DNA of 32,000 bases from the NCBI GenBank assembly GCA_000175855.1, contig ACYB01000035.1:120001-152000 (forward strand). Reading direction: 5' to 3'. This DNA comes from Raphidiopsis brookii D9 (GTDB lineage Bacteria > Cyanobacteriota > Cyanobacteriia > Cyanobacteriales > Nostocaceae). Made by a program: the position numbers and the translations under genes. Positions 19,167 through 29,300 of this stretch are shown here, one piece after another (the first letter of the stretch is position 1; every line of letters starts with the position of its first letter). Under the pieces are notes generated by a model. That model searched no databases and was not told where the DNA came from. It was given only the letters and a program-made list of their open reading frames with translations.

Positions 19167-20525
19167 ATGCTGATTAACTCTTCTGGCTTTTCCAAGCTTA
19201 AAGAATCAATTAATAATTCAATCACCGAGAAGATTTTTTTAGGGCATAAACCCGGTCCAGAACTAATTGCCATTTTAGCAGTCTATCTTGTCCAGGGCGC
19301 CTTGGGATTGTCTCGTCTTTCGGTGAGTTTTTTCCTCAAGGATGAATTACAACTAAGTCCAGTAGAAGTCTCAGCTATCTTAGGTATAGTTACCCTACCT
19401 TGGATGATCAAACCATTATTTGGCTTTGTTTCCGATACTTTTCCTATATTTGGCTACCGTCGTCGTCCCTATCTAGTTCTATCTGGGATTCTAGGTGCTG
19501 CTAGTTGGATGGCCTTAGCAACATTAGTAGATAACAGTTGGAAAGCAACAATAATAGTCACCTTATCTTCTTTAGCTATTGCTGTCAGCGATGTGATAGT
19601 TGATTCCTTGGTTGTTGAACGTGCCAGGTTAGAATCTCAGGCCAAGGCTGGTTCTCTACAATCCCTGTGTTGGGGAGCCACCGCTTTGGGAACTTTCTTA
19701 ACAGCTTATTTCAGCGGACTAGTCTTAGAGTATTTTACTACAAAGACAGTATTTTTAATTACTGCTTTATTTCCCCTCCTTATCTCCGTGGTTGCCTGGT
19801 TCATTGCTGAAACATCAGTTGACCAACAAGATTCACAGCAAGATAGGAATAAATCAGTGAGTATTAGAAATCAGACTAATCAACTTCTACAAGCTTTTCG
19901 CACTAGAGCAGTTTTACTACCAACCCTATTTATTTTTATCTGGCAATGTACTCCCAGTGGAGAATCAGCTTATTTCTACTTCTTTACCAACGAGCTGCAT
20001 TTCCAACCCGAGTTTTTAGGTAGAATACATCTGTTCACTAGTTTAGCTTCTTTAGTTGGTATTTGGATTTTCCAACGATTTCTTAAAAACGTTCCATTTC
20101 AAAGTATTTTTACCTGGGGCATTCTTGTATCTGTATTATTAAGAATGACTATGTTAATTTTAATTACACATACTAATAGAGCTTTAGGGATAAATGATAG
20201 ATGGTTTAGTTTGGGAGACAGCTTAATTATTGCAGCTATGGGGCAAATTGCATTTATGCCTACCATGATATTAGCAGCTAGAATTTGTCCCATGGGAATA
20301 GAAGCAACACTATTTGCAGTATTGATGTCAGTATTTAACCTAGGTGGATTGGTTTCTAGAGAGTCCGGAGCTTTAATTATGTACTGGTTAGGAATAACAG
20401 AGAGCAATTTTGACAGTTTGTGGTTGCTACTAGTAATAACTAACTTGATTGCCTTATTACCAATGTTATTTGTCAAACTTTTGCCTAGTAAGGAAGAAAT
20501 GGAATATGGAGTGGTGGTCAAATAG
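19167..20525 (+). CDS. folate/biopterin transporter (BT1) family MFS protein
   Basis: 452-aa polytopic membrane ORF. The block LPWMIKPLFGFVSDTFPIFGYRRRPYLVLSG is the signature loop of BT1 family transporters. Confidence 0.8.
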   Translation: MLINSSGFSKLKESINNSITEKIFLGHKPGPELIAILAVYLVQGALGLSRLSVSFFLKDELQLSPVEVSAILGIVTLPWMIKPLFGFVSDTFPIFGYRRRPYLVLSGILGAASWMALATLVDNSWKATIIVTLSSLAIAVSDVIVDSLVVERARLESQAKAGSLQSLCWGATALGTFLTAYFSGLVLEYFTTKTVFLITALFPLLISVVAWFIAETSVDQQDSQQDRNKSVSIRNQTNQLLQAFRTRAVLLPTLFIFIWQCTPSGESAYFYFFTNELHFQPEFLGRIHLFTSLASLVGIWIFQRFLKNVPFQSIFTWGILVSVLLRMTMLILITHTNRALGINDRWFSLGDSLIIAAMGQIAFMPTMILAARICPMGIEATLFAVLMSVFNLGGLVSRESGALIMYWLGITESNFDSLWLLLVITNLIALLPMLFVKLLPSKEEMEYGVVVK

Positions 20526-20587
20526 GTTTCCATTAGTCCTACTAGTGTTACAATCGTAGATGAAACTTAATATCAATTAATAAAAAT

Positions 20588-22084
20588 ATGCAATCCATAG
20601 ATCTACGTACTCAGCAAAATTTAGAAAAATCCTATACTCGTGAAGATTGGCAACAGGGATATGAGTCCCTGAAAGAAGAGTATGACTATTGGATTGACGA
20701 GGTAGAAGGTGAAATACCCAAAGAGCTGGAAGGGACAGTTTTTAGAAATGGTCCTGGGTTATTAGATATCAACGGACAAAGAATACATCATCCCTTTGAT
20801 GGTGATGGGATGATTAGTCAAATTGTATTTAGTCAAGGTCGAGCCCACTTCCGGAATCGATTTGTACAGACTGAGGGTTATTTGGCGGAAAAGAAAGCGG
20901 GTAGAATTCTTTATCGCGGAGTGTTTGGAACCCAAAAACCTGGTGGTTGGTTAGCTAATATACTGGACTTTAAGACCAAGAATATTGCCAATACAAATGT
21001 TATTTACTGGGGTAAAAAACTACTGGCATTGTGGGAAGCAGCGGAACCTTATTCATTAAATCCTTATACCTTAGAAACCTTGGGCAAAGAATATTTTAAT
21101 CATGGTTTATCATCAGGAGAAGCTTTCAGTGCCCATCCCCGCGTAGATCCCCAGGGCAAACTGGTTAACTTTGCCATTGAACCAGGAATAAAAACAAAGA
21201 TTACAATTTTTGAACTCAACCAAGATGCTGAAGTGGTAAGTAAGCAGAATCATAAAATTGATGGTTTTTGCTTCATTCATGATTTTGTTATTACGGAAAA
21301 TTATTGTATATTCTTCCAAAACCCCCTCAGTTTTAACCCCATTCCTTTTGCCTTGGGACAAGTTGGTGCAGCACAATGTATTAAACCGGAAAAAAATCTC
21401 CCTACGAAAATTATTCTCATTCCCCGTCAGCACAGTCCCATGGTCTCTTCGGGAGTAAAAGTTTTAGAAACCACAGCAGGGTTTATTTTTCACCATGCTA
21501 ATGGTTTTGAAATAGACCATAAAATTATTGTTGATTCTATCTGCTATGACTCCCTATCCTTAACAGACATTGAAAGCAATCAAGATTACCGACAAACAAA
21601 CTTTGATGCGATCGCCCCTGGAAAGTTATGGAGATTTGAGCTAGATTTATTGCAGAAAAAAGTGACAGCCAAATTAATAAATGATCGGGCCTGTGAATTT
21701 CCTGCTATTCATCCGGATCACGTAAGCAGACCTTACCGTTATTTATACATGAGTGCTGCTCATAATCCCCGGGGAAATGCTCCTTTACAAGCCATTTTAA
21801 AAATTGATTTAGAATCGGGGAAACAACAGATTTGGAGTGCAGCACCGAGGGGTTTCATGGGTGAGCCCATCTTTATTCCCCATCCTCATGGTCAAGAAGA
21901 AGATGCAGGATGGATTGTGGGCTTGGTTTATAATGCAGAACATCACCGTTCATATATAGTAATTTTAGATGCTAATGACCTAGAAAAGGGAACAATAGCT
22001 AAATTACATTTAAAGCATCATATTCCCCATGCACTACATGGTAGTTTTACAAGGGATGTGTTATTAAATAACATAGACCCGTAG
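20588..22084 (+). CDS. carotenoid cleavage oxygenase (RPE65/CCD family, apocarotenoid oxygenase-like)
   Basis: 498-aa ORF with FRNGPGLLDINGQRIHHPFDGDGMI. The four iron-ligand His contexts are present: FSAHPRVDP, FIHDFVITENY, FHHANGFE and HIPHALHGSF. Confidence 0.9.
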   Translation: MQSIDLRTQQNLEKSYTREDWQQGYESLKEEYDYWIDEVEGEIPKELEGTVFRNGPGLLDINGQRIHHPFDGDGMISQIVFSQGRAHFRNRFVQTEGYLAEKKAGRILYRGVFGTQKPGGWLANILDFKTKNIANTNVIYWGKKLLALWEAAEPYSLNPYTLETLGKEYFNHGLSSGEAFSAHPRVDPQGKLVNFAIEPGIKTKITIFELNQDAEVVSKQNHKIDGFCFIHDFVITENYCIFFQNPLSFNPIPFALGQVGAAQCIKPEKNLPTKIILIPRQHSPMVSSGVKVLETTAGFIFHHANGFEIDHKIIVDSICYDSLSLTDIESNQDYRQTNFDAIAPGKLWRFELDLLQKKVTAKLINDRACEFPAIHPDHVSRPYRYLYMSAAHNPRGNAPLQAILKIDLESGKQQIWSAAPRGFMGEPIFIPHPHGQEEDAGWIVGLVYNAEHHRSYIVILDANDLEKGTIAKLHLKHHIPHALHGSFTRDVLLNNIDP

Positions 22085-22222
22085 TACTAATACTAAATCA
22101 TACTAAATCAAATGGTCGCGGTAGGACAAATAGGATGGCTACAATCTCACCGGACAAACCAAAAACTTATCCTCAGCTATTGTACAATACAAGAAAATAT
22201 TTAAATTATCAAAACTGATCCA

Positions 22223-22597
22223 ATGACCAAGCTTAACTCAGAACTTAACACAAAATCCAGTGATAAAAGCTTAGAAGCAATGCATCACTTTTCAGAACAG
22301 TACGCCAAAAGGACTGGAACATATTTTTGTTCAGACCCATCCGTGACAGCAGTGGTCATTGAAGGTTTAGCAAAGCACAAAGATGATTTAGGTGCACCAT
22401 TGTGTCCTTGTCGTCATTATGAAGACAAAGAAGCGGAAGTTAGCGCTGCCTATTGGAATTGTCCTTGTGTACCAATGCGGGAGCGCAAAGAATGCCACTG
22501 TATGCTTTTCTTGACTCCTGACAACGAATTTGCCGGGAAAAACTTACAAGAAATTCCCGTGGAAACCATTAAAGAAGTACGAGACAGTATGGGATAA
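22223..22597 (+). CDS. ftrC: ferredoxin-thioredoxin reductase catalytic (beta) subunit
   Basis: 124-aa ORF with the diagnostic Cys pattern CPCRHY...WNCPCVPMRERKECHCMLF. Confidence 0.9.
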   Translation: MTKLNSELNTKSSDKSLEAMHHFSEQYAKRTGTYFCSDPSVTAVVIEGLAKHKDDLGAPLCPCRHYEDKEAEVSAAYWNCPCVPMRERKECHCMLFLTPDNEFAGKNLQEIPVETIKEVRDSMG

Positions 22598-22603
22598 TTT
22601 CCG

Positions 22604-23008
22604 ATGAATGGAAATCAACCAGAGGAATTTTGGCTAGGTGTAGAACAGTTCAATGCTGGACAGTTCTACGCCTGTCATGATATCCTGGAAGCACTGTGGA
22701 TAGAAGCAACAGGACCAGAAAAAACCCTGTATCAGGGAATTTTACAAATTGCTGTGGCCTTATATCATCTGGAAAATAGCAACTTGCGAGGAGCAATGAT
22801 CCTGTTGGGTGAGGGTACGAATCGTTTACGTCGTCTCGCTGATGATAACAATTATGGGATTAATTTGGGCCAACTTTTAATTGATAGTGTGAACTTTTTA
22901 AGAGTCATTCAGCAGGGAAAACCAGAAGTAGTTTCAACAATGACTTTGCCTAAGATTGTCAGGTCAAATCCCCCAGATACTAATTCCAAAGTTAGCAAAA
23001 CTCCATAG
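22604..23008 (+). CDS. DUF309 domain-containing protein
   Basis: 134-aa ORF. FNAGQFYACHDILEALW...LYQGILQIAVALYHLENSNLRGA is the DUF309 pattern. It lies 6 nt downstream of ftrC. Confidence 0.7.
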   Translation: MNGNQPEEFWLGVEQFNAGQFYACHDILEALWIEATGPEKTLYQGILQIAVALYHLENSNLRGAMILLGEGTNRLRRLADDNNYGINLGQLLIDSVNFLRVIQQGKPEVVSTMTLPKIVRSNPPDTNSKVSKTP

Positions 23009-23099
23009 TCGAGAAACTTTAATCAGCGGAAAACGTCGAATGTTTCATTGACAAGATCTAGACTGAAAGACCTACAATCAACTTTTATAATGTCCACCT

Positions 23100-23585
23100 A
23101 TGCTCAAGTCACAAATGCATCGTCTGGGATTGGCCATCATGCTCCCTGTAACTATCATTACGGTTACCCTAACAGGTAAGCTATCCACGGCCCAATCTTC
23201 TGGGGGAAATCGCCCATTGACCATCCGTGCTGACATTCAAGAATATGATGCCAAAACTCAAGTGATTACTGCTCGTGGTAATGTGCAGATGCTCTATCCT
23301 GCTCGTCAAATTCAAGCAACTGCTGCACAAGCCCAATATTTTAGCAAAGAACGTCGGATAGACTTTAGTGGTAATGTATATATTTTGCAACAAGGTAATA
23401 ATAGTATCAGAGCTGAAAAGGTCACCTATCTCATTGATGAGGGACGATTTATCGCCCTACCCCAATCTAACCGTCAAGTCGAATCAATTTATATGATAGG
23501 GGATGATGATTCGATTCAACCAACCAGCAGACCAACAACCAAACCAACTCCTAAGCGAGGTTCTAAAACTCGGTCTCCCCTCTGA
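23100..23585 (+). CDS. LptA/OstA-like periplasmic LPS-transport protein
   Basis: 161-aa ORF with a signal-like N-terminus and OstA_N-like beta-jellyroll repeats (LTIRADIQEYDAKTQVITARGNVQMLY ... IRAEKVTYLIDEGRF). It sits directly upstream of lptB. Confidence 0.6.
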   Translation: MLKSQMHRLGLAIMLPVTIITVTLTGKLSTAQSSGGNRPLTIRADIQEYDAKTQVITARGNVQMLYPARQIQATAAQAQYFSKERRIDFSGNVYILQQGNNSIRAEKVTYLIDEGRFIALPQSNRQVESIYMIGDDDSIQPTSRPTTKPTPKRGSKTRSPL

Positions 23586-23651
23586 TTACTGAACCAAGAA
23601 TCCCCGTAGGTACGGGGAGTGTCAATATTAATCATTGCAAGAGCAGCAATA

Positions 23652-24380
23652 GTGAAAATCTTTCTGGAAAATATTCACAAGTCCTACGGTAAAAGAGTAA
23701 TTGTCAATCGTGTTAGTCTTTCTGTATCTCAAGGTGAAATAGTTGGTTTGTTAGGGCCCAATGGTGCTGGTAAGACCACAACATTTTACATTGCTACAGG
23801 TTTAGAAAAACCAGATCAAGGTAAGGTATGGTTAGATGAACTAGATGTTACTTCCATGGCCATGCACAAGAGGGCTAGATTGGGTCTTGGCTATCTTGCA
23901 CAGGAAGCGAGTATTTTTCGTCAACTATCTGTAAAAGAAAATATACTTTTAGTACTGGAGCAAACCAATGTGCCAAGGCGAGAATGGTCTAGTAGATTAG
24001 GAGAACTATTAACAGAATTTCGCCTGCAAAAAGTTGTTAATAGTAAGGGTATTCAACTTTCTGGAGGTGAACGACGACGTACAGAGTTAGCTAGAGCGTT
24101 AGCAGCAGGTAGGGAGGGCCCGAAATTTCTGTTTTTGGATGAACCCTTTGCTGGGGTTGACCCCATCGCAGTGGCAGAAATTCAGCAAATTGTTGCCCGA
24201 TTGAGAGAGCGTGGTATGGGTATTTTAATCACTGACCACAATGTTAGAGAAACCCTGGCCATTACTGACAGAGCCTATATCATGCGGGAAGGACAAATCT
24301 TAGCCTTTGGCATTGCTGATGAGCTTTACAACAATCCTCTTGTGCGTCAATACTACCTAGGCAACCACTTTCTTGTTTAA
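23652..24380 (+). CDS. lptB: LPS export ABC transporter ATP-binding protein LptB
   Basis: Walker [10 protein letters not shown], signature LSGGERRR, Walker B FLFLDEP and H-loop TDHN. The ORF track starts at GTG 23619. The in-frame GTG at 23652 ([15 protein letters not shown]) gives the usual 242-aa LptB length, so I prefer it. Confidence 0.85.
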   Translation: MKIFLENIHKSYGKRVIVNRVSLSVSQGEIVGLLGPNGAGKTTTFYIATGLEKPDQGKVWLDELDVTSMAMHKRARLGLGYLAQEASIFRQLSVKENILLVLEQTNVPRREWSSRLGELLTEFRLQKVVNSKGIQLSGGERRRTELARALAAGREGPKFLFLDEPFAGVDPIAVAEIQQIVARLRERGMGILITDHNVRETLAITDRAYIMREGQILAFGIADELYNNPLVRQYYLGNHFLV

Positions 24381-24498
24381 AAGTAATTAAACTGATTATA
24401 TTAATAGTATAAAATTTACACTCCTTTTTAATATAGGCAAAACTAATTGAGAATAAATTAAAAACGGATTAAAAGTAAACTAAAAACAAAGTAATTTT

Positions 24499-25674
24499 AT
24501 GGATTATCATCAGACCAAACCATTTTATACGATTAACTCCCTGATGCCATTTTCTATTATGGATCGCTACTTGGCGATGCAGTTATTACCCATCTTTCTA
24601 TTTGGTGTTGGTGCTTTTACTTCCGTAGTCTTAGCCATTGACAGTTTATTTGAGTTGTTGCGCAAAGTAGTAGAATCCGGACTACCAATTAACATTGCAT
24701 TAAAAGTGTTTGTGCTGAAATTGCCCTATGTCATGGTTTATTCCTTTCCCATGTCTACTTTACTAGCAACTTTAATGACTTATAGCAAGTTATCCAGTGA
24801 CAGTGAACTGATAGCTTTAAGAGGATGTGGTGTGAGTGTTTATCGAATGGTACTAACAGCAGTTTTGCTAAGTGGTTTAGTTACTGGAATGACCTATGTA
24901 TTTAATGAATATATTTCCCCCGCAGCCAATTATGAAGCCAGTATTACTCTAGAACAGGCATTAAAATCAGATCAACCATCATTTAAACAAGAGAATATTT
25001 ATTATCCAGAATATCGAGAAGAAAAAACAAAAGATGGGGGTACTAGTAGACTATTAGCTCGCTTATTTTATGCTGATGAATTTGACGGCAAAAAAATGAA
25101 AGGACTAACAATTATTGATCGTTCTAAAGCGGGAGTAAATCAAATTGTTGTATCTGAATCTGCCCAATGGAATGCATATAAACAAGTTTGGGACTTTTAT
25201 AATGGTACTATTTATTTAGTCGCTCCTGATCGTTCCTATCGAAATATTTTGCGTTTTGAACATCAGCAATTAAAATTACCCAGCACACCTTTAATTGTGG
25301 CTAAAAATAGTCGAGACTATGAAGAAATGAATATTGCCCAATCATTACAACAACTAGAAATTGAAAAGTTAGCAGGTAATCCCCAAAGAATTAAAAAACT
25401 GGAGGTCAGAATTCAACAAAAAATAGCCTTTCCCTTTATTTGTATAATTTTTGGTTTAGTTGGGTCAGCTATGGGAACTATCCCCCAACGCACTGGTAGG
25501 GGAAGGAGTTTTGGTGTCAGCATTATAGTCATTTTTATTTATTATTTATTACTATCCGTTTGTGGAGCTTTAGCACAAGCAGAAATTTTATCTCCCTTTG
25601 TAGGTGCATGGTTACCCAATCTGTGTGGGTTAGGGATGGGAATTGTAATTCTTATGCAATTTTCCCAAAAGTAG
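24499..25674 (+). CDS. LptF/LptG (YjgP/YjgQ) family LPS export permease
   Basis: 391-aa ORF. It has three N-terminal TM helices, a large periplasmic beta-jellyroll insert and three C-terminal TM helices. MDRYLAMQLLPIFLFGVGAFTSV is typical of the family. Confidence 0.8.
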   Translation: MDYHQTKPFYTINSLMPFSIMDRYLAMQLLPIFLFGVGAFTSVVLAIDSLFELLRKVVESGLPINIALKVFVLKLPYVMVYSFPMSTLLATLMTYSKLSSDSELIALRGCGVSVYRMVLTAVLLSGLVTGMTYVFNEYISPAANYEASITLEQALKSDQPSFKQENIYYPEYREEKTKDGGTSRLLARLFYADEFDGKKMKGLTIIDRSKAGVNQIVVSESAQWNAYKQVWDFYNGTIYLVAPDRSYRNILRFEHQQLKLPSTPLIVAKNSRDYEEMNIAQSLQQLEIEKLAGNPQRIKKLEVRIQQKIAFPFICIIFGLVGSAMGTIPQRTGRGRSFGVSIIVIFIYYLLLSVCGALAQAEILSPFVGAWLPNLCGLGMGIVILMQFSQK

Positions 25675-25693
25675 ATAAAGTAGATGGGAATGT

Positions 25694-26395
25694 TTAACGA
25701 TTGTGGTTTGAGCACACAACCCGAAAACCTAAGTTGTTCTTGTCAGAGAGGTGACGATTACGGGAACCACAACCACAGTGTTGAGCAGAATCACACCAAG
25801 AACCACCACGTAACACATGGCCGCGAAAAACACCAAAAATTCCCTTCTCAACCCATGGACTACTATCCTTTGGTATATCTTGGTAGTGATCATGCCAATG
25901 ATCTAAACACCATTCCCAAACGTTCCCGTGCATATCGTATAATCCAAATGGATTGGGAGGGAAACTTCCCACCTCCGTAGTTTGTTTGCGATATTGTCCT
26001 TGAGGTGCTAAACTTTGTTTATGGTCTCCATGATAGTTGACCAAATCTGTTGTAATATTGTCACCAAAATGAAATTCTGTGCTGGTTCCCCCCCTGCAAG
26101 CATATTCCCACTGTGCTTCACTGGGTAAGGTGTATATCCTTCCAGTAATCTGACTGAGTTTCTCGCAGAAATCAACTGCTTGATTCCACTTTACCCTTTC
26201 TACTGGACGTTTGTCACCCTTGAAATAAGAAGGGTTATCTCCAGTAACAGCTTGATATTGTTCTTGTGTTATCTCGTATTTTCCCATGAAAAAACTGGGC
26301 ACTGTGACTAAATGTTCAGCACTCTCCTCCGGGTTTCCCCGATTTTCAGCTGAGTTGATGGTAAATGTCCCTCCTGGAATTTCTACCATTTCTAG
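25694..26395 (-). other. FGE-sulfatase (formylglycine-generating enzyme/SUMF1-like) domain (aa ~1047-1279)
   Basis: LEMVEIPGGTFTINS...FFMGKYEITQEQYQAV...NPSYFKG...PVERVKWNQAVDFCEKLS...YTLPSEAQWEYACRGGT...NPFGLYDMHGNVWEWCLD...VLRGGSWCDSAQHCGCGSRNRH...NLGFRVV matches the family motifs. Confidence 0.85.
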
Positions 26396-29300
26396 GGTGA
26401 TATCATCACCTAAATCCTCCACAAAGTATATGACACTAGCATCAGTTTTGATTATCTCTCCGAAATTTTTCTTACTAACTACTTCAAAGCTCAGGATTTT
26501 TAAGTTAAGGTAATTACGAAGTTTAATGGTCAGTGTTAATCCTCCCCTCTCCCAAAACTTGAGGTTTTCCCCTAGGTCTAAACTACCAAGATTTAAAGCT
26601 CGGTTAAAATCCTCTATTGCTCCCTGTCTATCTCCCAATTCGTAGCGAATGTTCCCTCTCTTGTTATACGCTTCAACATAATTTGAGTTAATGTTTAAAG
26701 CCTGATTGAAATCCTCTATTGCTCCCTGGTGATCTCCCAGCTCATAGCAAACAATTGCTCGATTGTTGTATGCTTCTGCATAATAAGGATTGATTTGGAT
26801 AGCTTGACTAAAATCATCTTTAGCCCATTCCCTATCTCCTAAATCTGTGTATGCAACCCCCCGATTGTTGTATGCTTGAGCGTAATTGGGGTTAATGTTT
26901 AAAGCCTGATTAAAATCTTCTATGGCTTTTTGCCTATTCCCCAATTCATAGCGTGCGTATCCCCTGTTAATATATGATTCCGTATAATTATAGGCAATTA
27001 TAATAGCTTGACTAAAATCTTCTATAGCCAATTGCCTCTCGCCCAAACAAATACGCACAATTCCCCTATTATTATAGGCTTGAGCATAGTTAGAGTTAAT
27101 ATTAACAGCGTGATTGAAATCCTCCATTGCTCCCTGATTATCCCTCAACTCATAGCGAACAATTCCCCTATTGTTATAAGCTTGAGCATAGTTGGGATTA
27201 ATATTAAGAGCATGATTGAAATCGTTAATTGCTCCCTGGTAATCTCCCAGCTCATAGCGAACAATTCCCCTATTGTTGTAAGCATCAGCATAACTAGCGT
27301 CAATATCCAGAGCATGATGGAAATCATTTATCGCTCCTTGACTATCTCCTAACTTATAAAGGGCAGTTCCTCTGCCAACATAGGTATCAGCACAATTAGG
27401 CTTAATTTCTATAGATCGGGTGTAATCATCTATTGCGCTCTGGTAGTTTCCTAAATCATAGTAAGCAATTCCCCGATTATAGTAGGCATCAGCATAATCA
27501 GGACTAATATTCAGGGCTTGAGTATAATCATCTATTGCCCTCTGATAATCTGCTATATCACTGCGAACAACTCCTCGATTGTTGTATATGTAAGCATAAT
27601 CAGGATTAAGATTCAGGGCCTGGGTATAATCATCTATTGCTCCCTGGTTGTCTCCCAACTCACTGCGGGTCAGTCCCCGTGCAATGTAGGTTTCAGGATC
27701 ATCAGGGTTAATATTGAGTGCTTGAGTGTAATTATTTACGGCTCCTGGCTTATCTCCCAGTTCACTACAAACCATTCCCCAAGCGTAGTAGGCTTGATCA
27801 TAATTAGGATTAATATTGAGTGCTTGAGTATAATCATCTACCGCCCCTTGTTTATCTCCTAAGCTAGTGCGAGCAATTCCTCGGTTGTAGTAGGCTTGAG
27901 CATAGTTAGGATTAATATTGAGTGCTTGAGTATAATCATCTATTGCTCCTTGTTTATCTCCTAGGTTAAAACGAGCAATTCCCCGACCGTAGTAGGCCTG
28001 GGCATAGTTAGGATTAATATTGAGTGCTTGAGTATAATCATCTATTGCTCCCTGGTTGTCTTCCAAGTTAATACGGGTAGTTCCCCAGTTGTGATAAACT
28101 TCCGCATAGTTGGAATCAACTCTTAAAGCTTGAATGTAATCATCTATTGCTCCTTGATAATTTCCCAAGTAAGTACGAATAGCTCCCCGATTATTATATG
28201 CTTGGGCATAATTGGGATCAATTTTGATAGCTTGGGTGTAATCATCCATGGCCGCCTTTTGAGAACCCAGGTCACTACGAATTATGCCCCGGTTATAATA
28301 GGCACTAGCAAATTTAGGATTAAGATTCAAGCTGTGGGTATAGTCGTCTATTGCTCCCTGCTTATCTCCTAATTGACTGCGAGCAACACCTCGATTGTGG
28401 TATGCTTGGGCATAATTAGGATTAATTCTAATTGTCTGGTTAAAATCATTGATAGCTTCTTGATAGTTTCTTAGGTCACAGTAAACAAGTCCTCTAGCAG
28501 CATAACCATCAGCAAAGTGGGGATTTATCGTGATAACCTGATTAAAATCATCTATTGCTCCCTGCTTATCCCCTAAATCATATCGAGCAAGTCCCCGTTT
28601 AGTATAAGCATCAAAAAAAGCAGAATTAAGGTGAAGGGTTTGGTTAAAATCCTCTATTGCTTTTTGAAGATACCCCATGTCCCTATGGGCGACTCCGCGA
28701 CTATAAGCAGCTAAAGCAAGATTAGGATTAATATCAAGAGCTTGGTTAAAATCATCTATTGCTCCTTGCCCATCTCCCAAATTGGTCCGGGCAATTCCCC
28801 GTTCCATATATGGCTGAGGCAGGTTAGAATTAATACTTATGGACTGGGTAAAATCATTTATTGCCCCCCGATTATCTCCTAAGTCGCTGCGGGCAATTCC
28901 TCGGCAAAGGTAGGTATGGGCATTCTCTTCCAGATCAATTTCTAAAACTGCCTGATTGCCTAGGGAAATAATAGTGTCAGTCTGTCTTGGTGATAGGGTG
29001 CTAGAGATAACCTGTAGTTGTGCCAAATGAAGTGAAAATGTGGCTAATGCCTGTTCAAATTCAGTTTCTACATGTTGCAATGTTTCCAATTCTGTCCTAT
29101 AATCAACTGGATCGGGAGGAGATATAAAAGGATTGGGGGTAAAAGTGGTGTTTCCACCAAATGTGCGATGAAACCAGATAGCTAACTCCCTAGCTATCTT
29201 TAATATGGTCAAAGCCTGACTAGGATCACTAGTATGCTCATAGGTAGCTCTATCACTAACAACCCTGACTTGATGGAATAGGAGGGCTACCTTTTGTGGT

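Noticed and set aside
22085-22110. Short tandem repeat tactaa-tactaaatca-tactaaatca just after the carotenoid oxygenase stop.
   Set aside because: There are only two to three short AT-rich copies, with no associated structure or ORF. It is likely a trivial slippage product.
25684-25980. 98-aa plus-strand ORF rich in His, Asn and Cys.
   Set aside because: It lies entirely antisense to the well-supported FGE-sulfatase domain coding region, has no recognisable family and is most likely spurious.
27008-28372. Three long plus-strand ORFs (27008..27352, 27518..27862, 28130..28372), each with a repetitive I/S/L-rich translation.
   Set aside because: They are antisense to the TPR array. Their openness and periodicity are by-products of the 102-bp coding repeat on the minus strand, and they have no independent start or RBS support.
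26576-28921. Regular 102-bp periodic repeats that could superficially suggest a CRISPR-like or satellite array.
   Set aside because: The repeats are contiguous with no unique spacers, lie in one long intact ORF and translate to canonical 34-aa TPR units.
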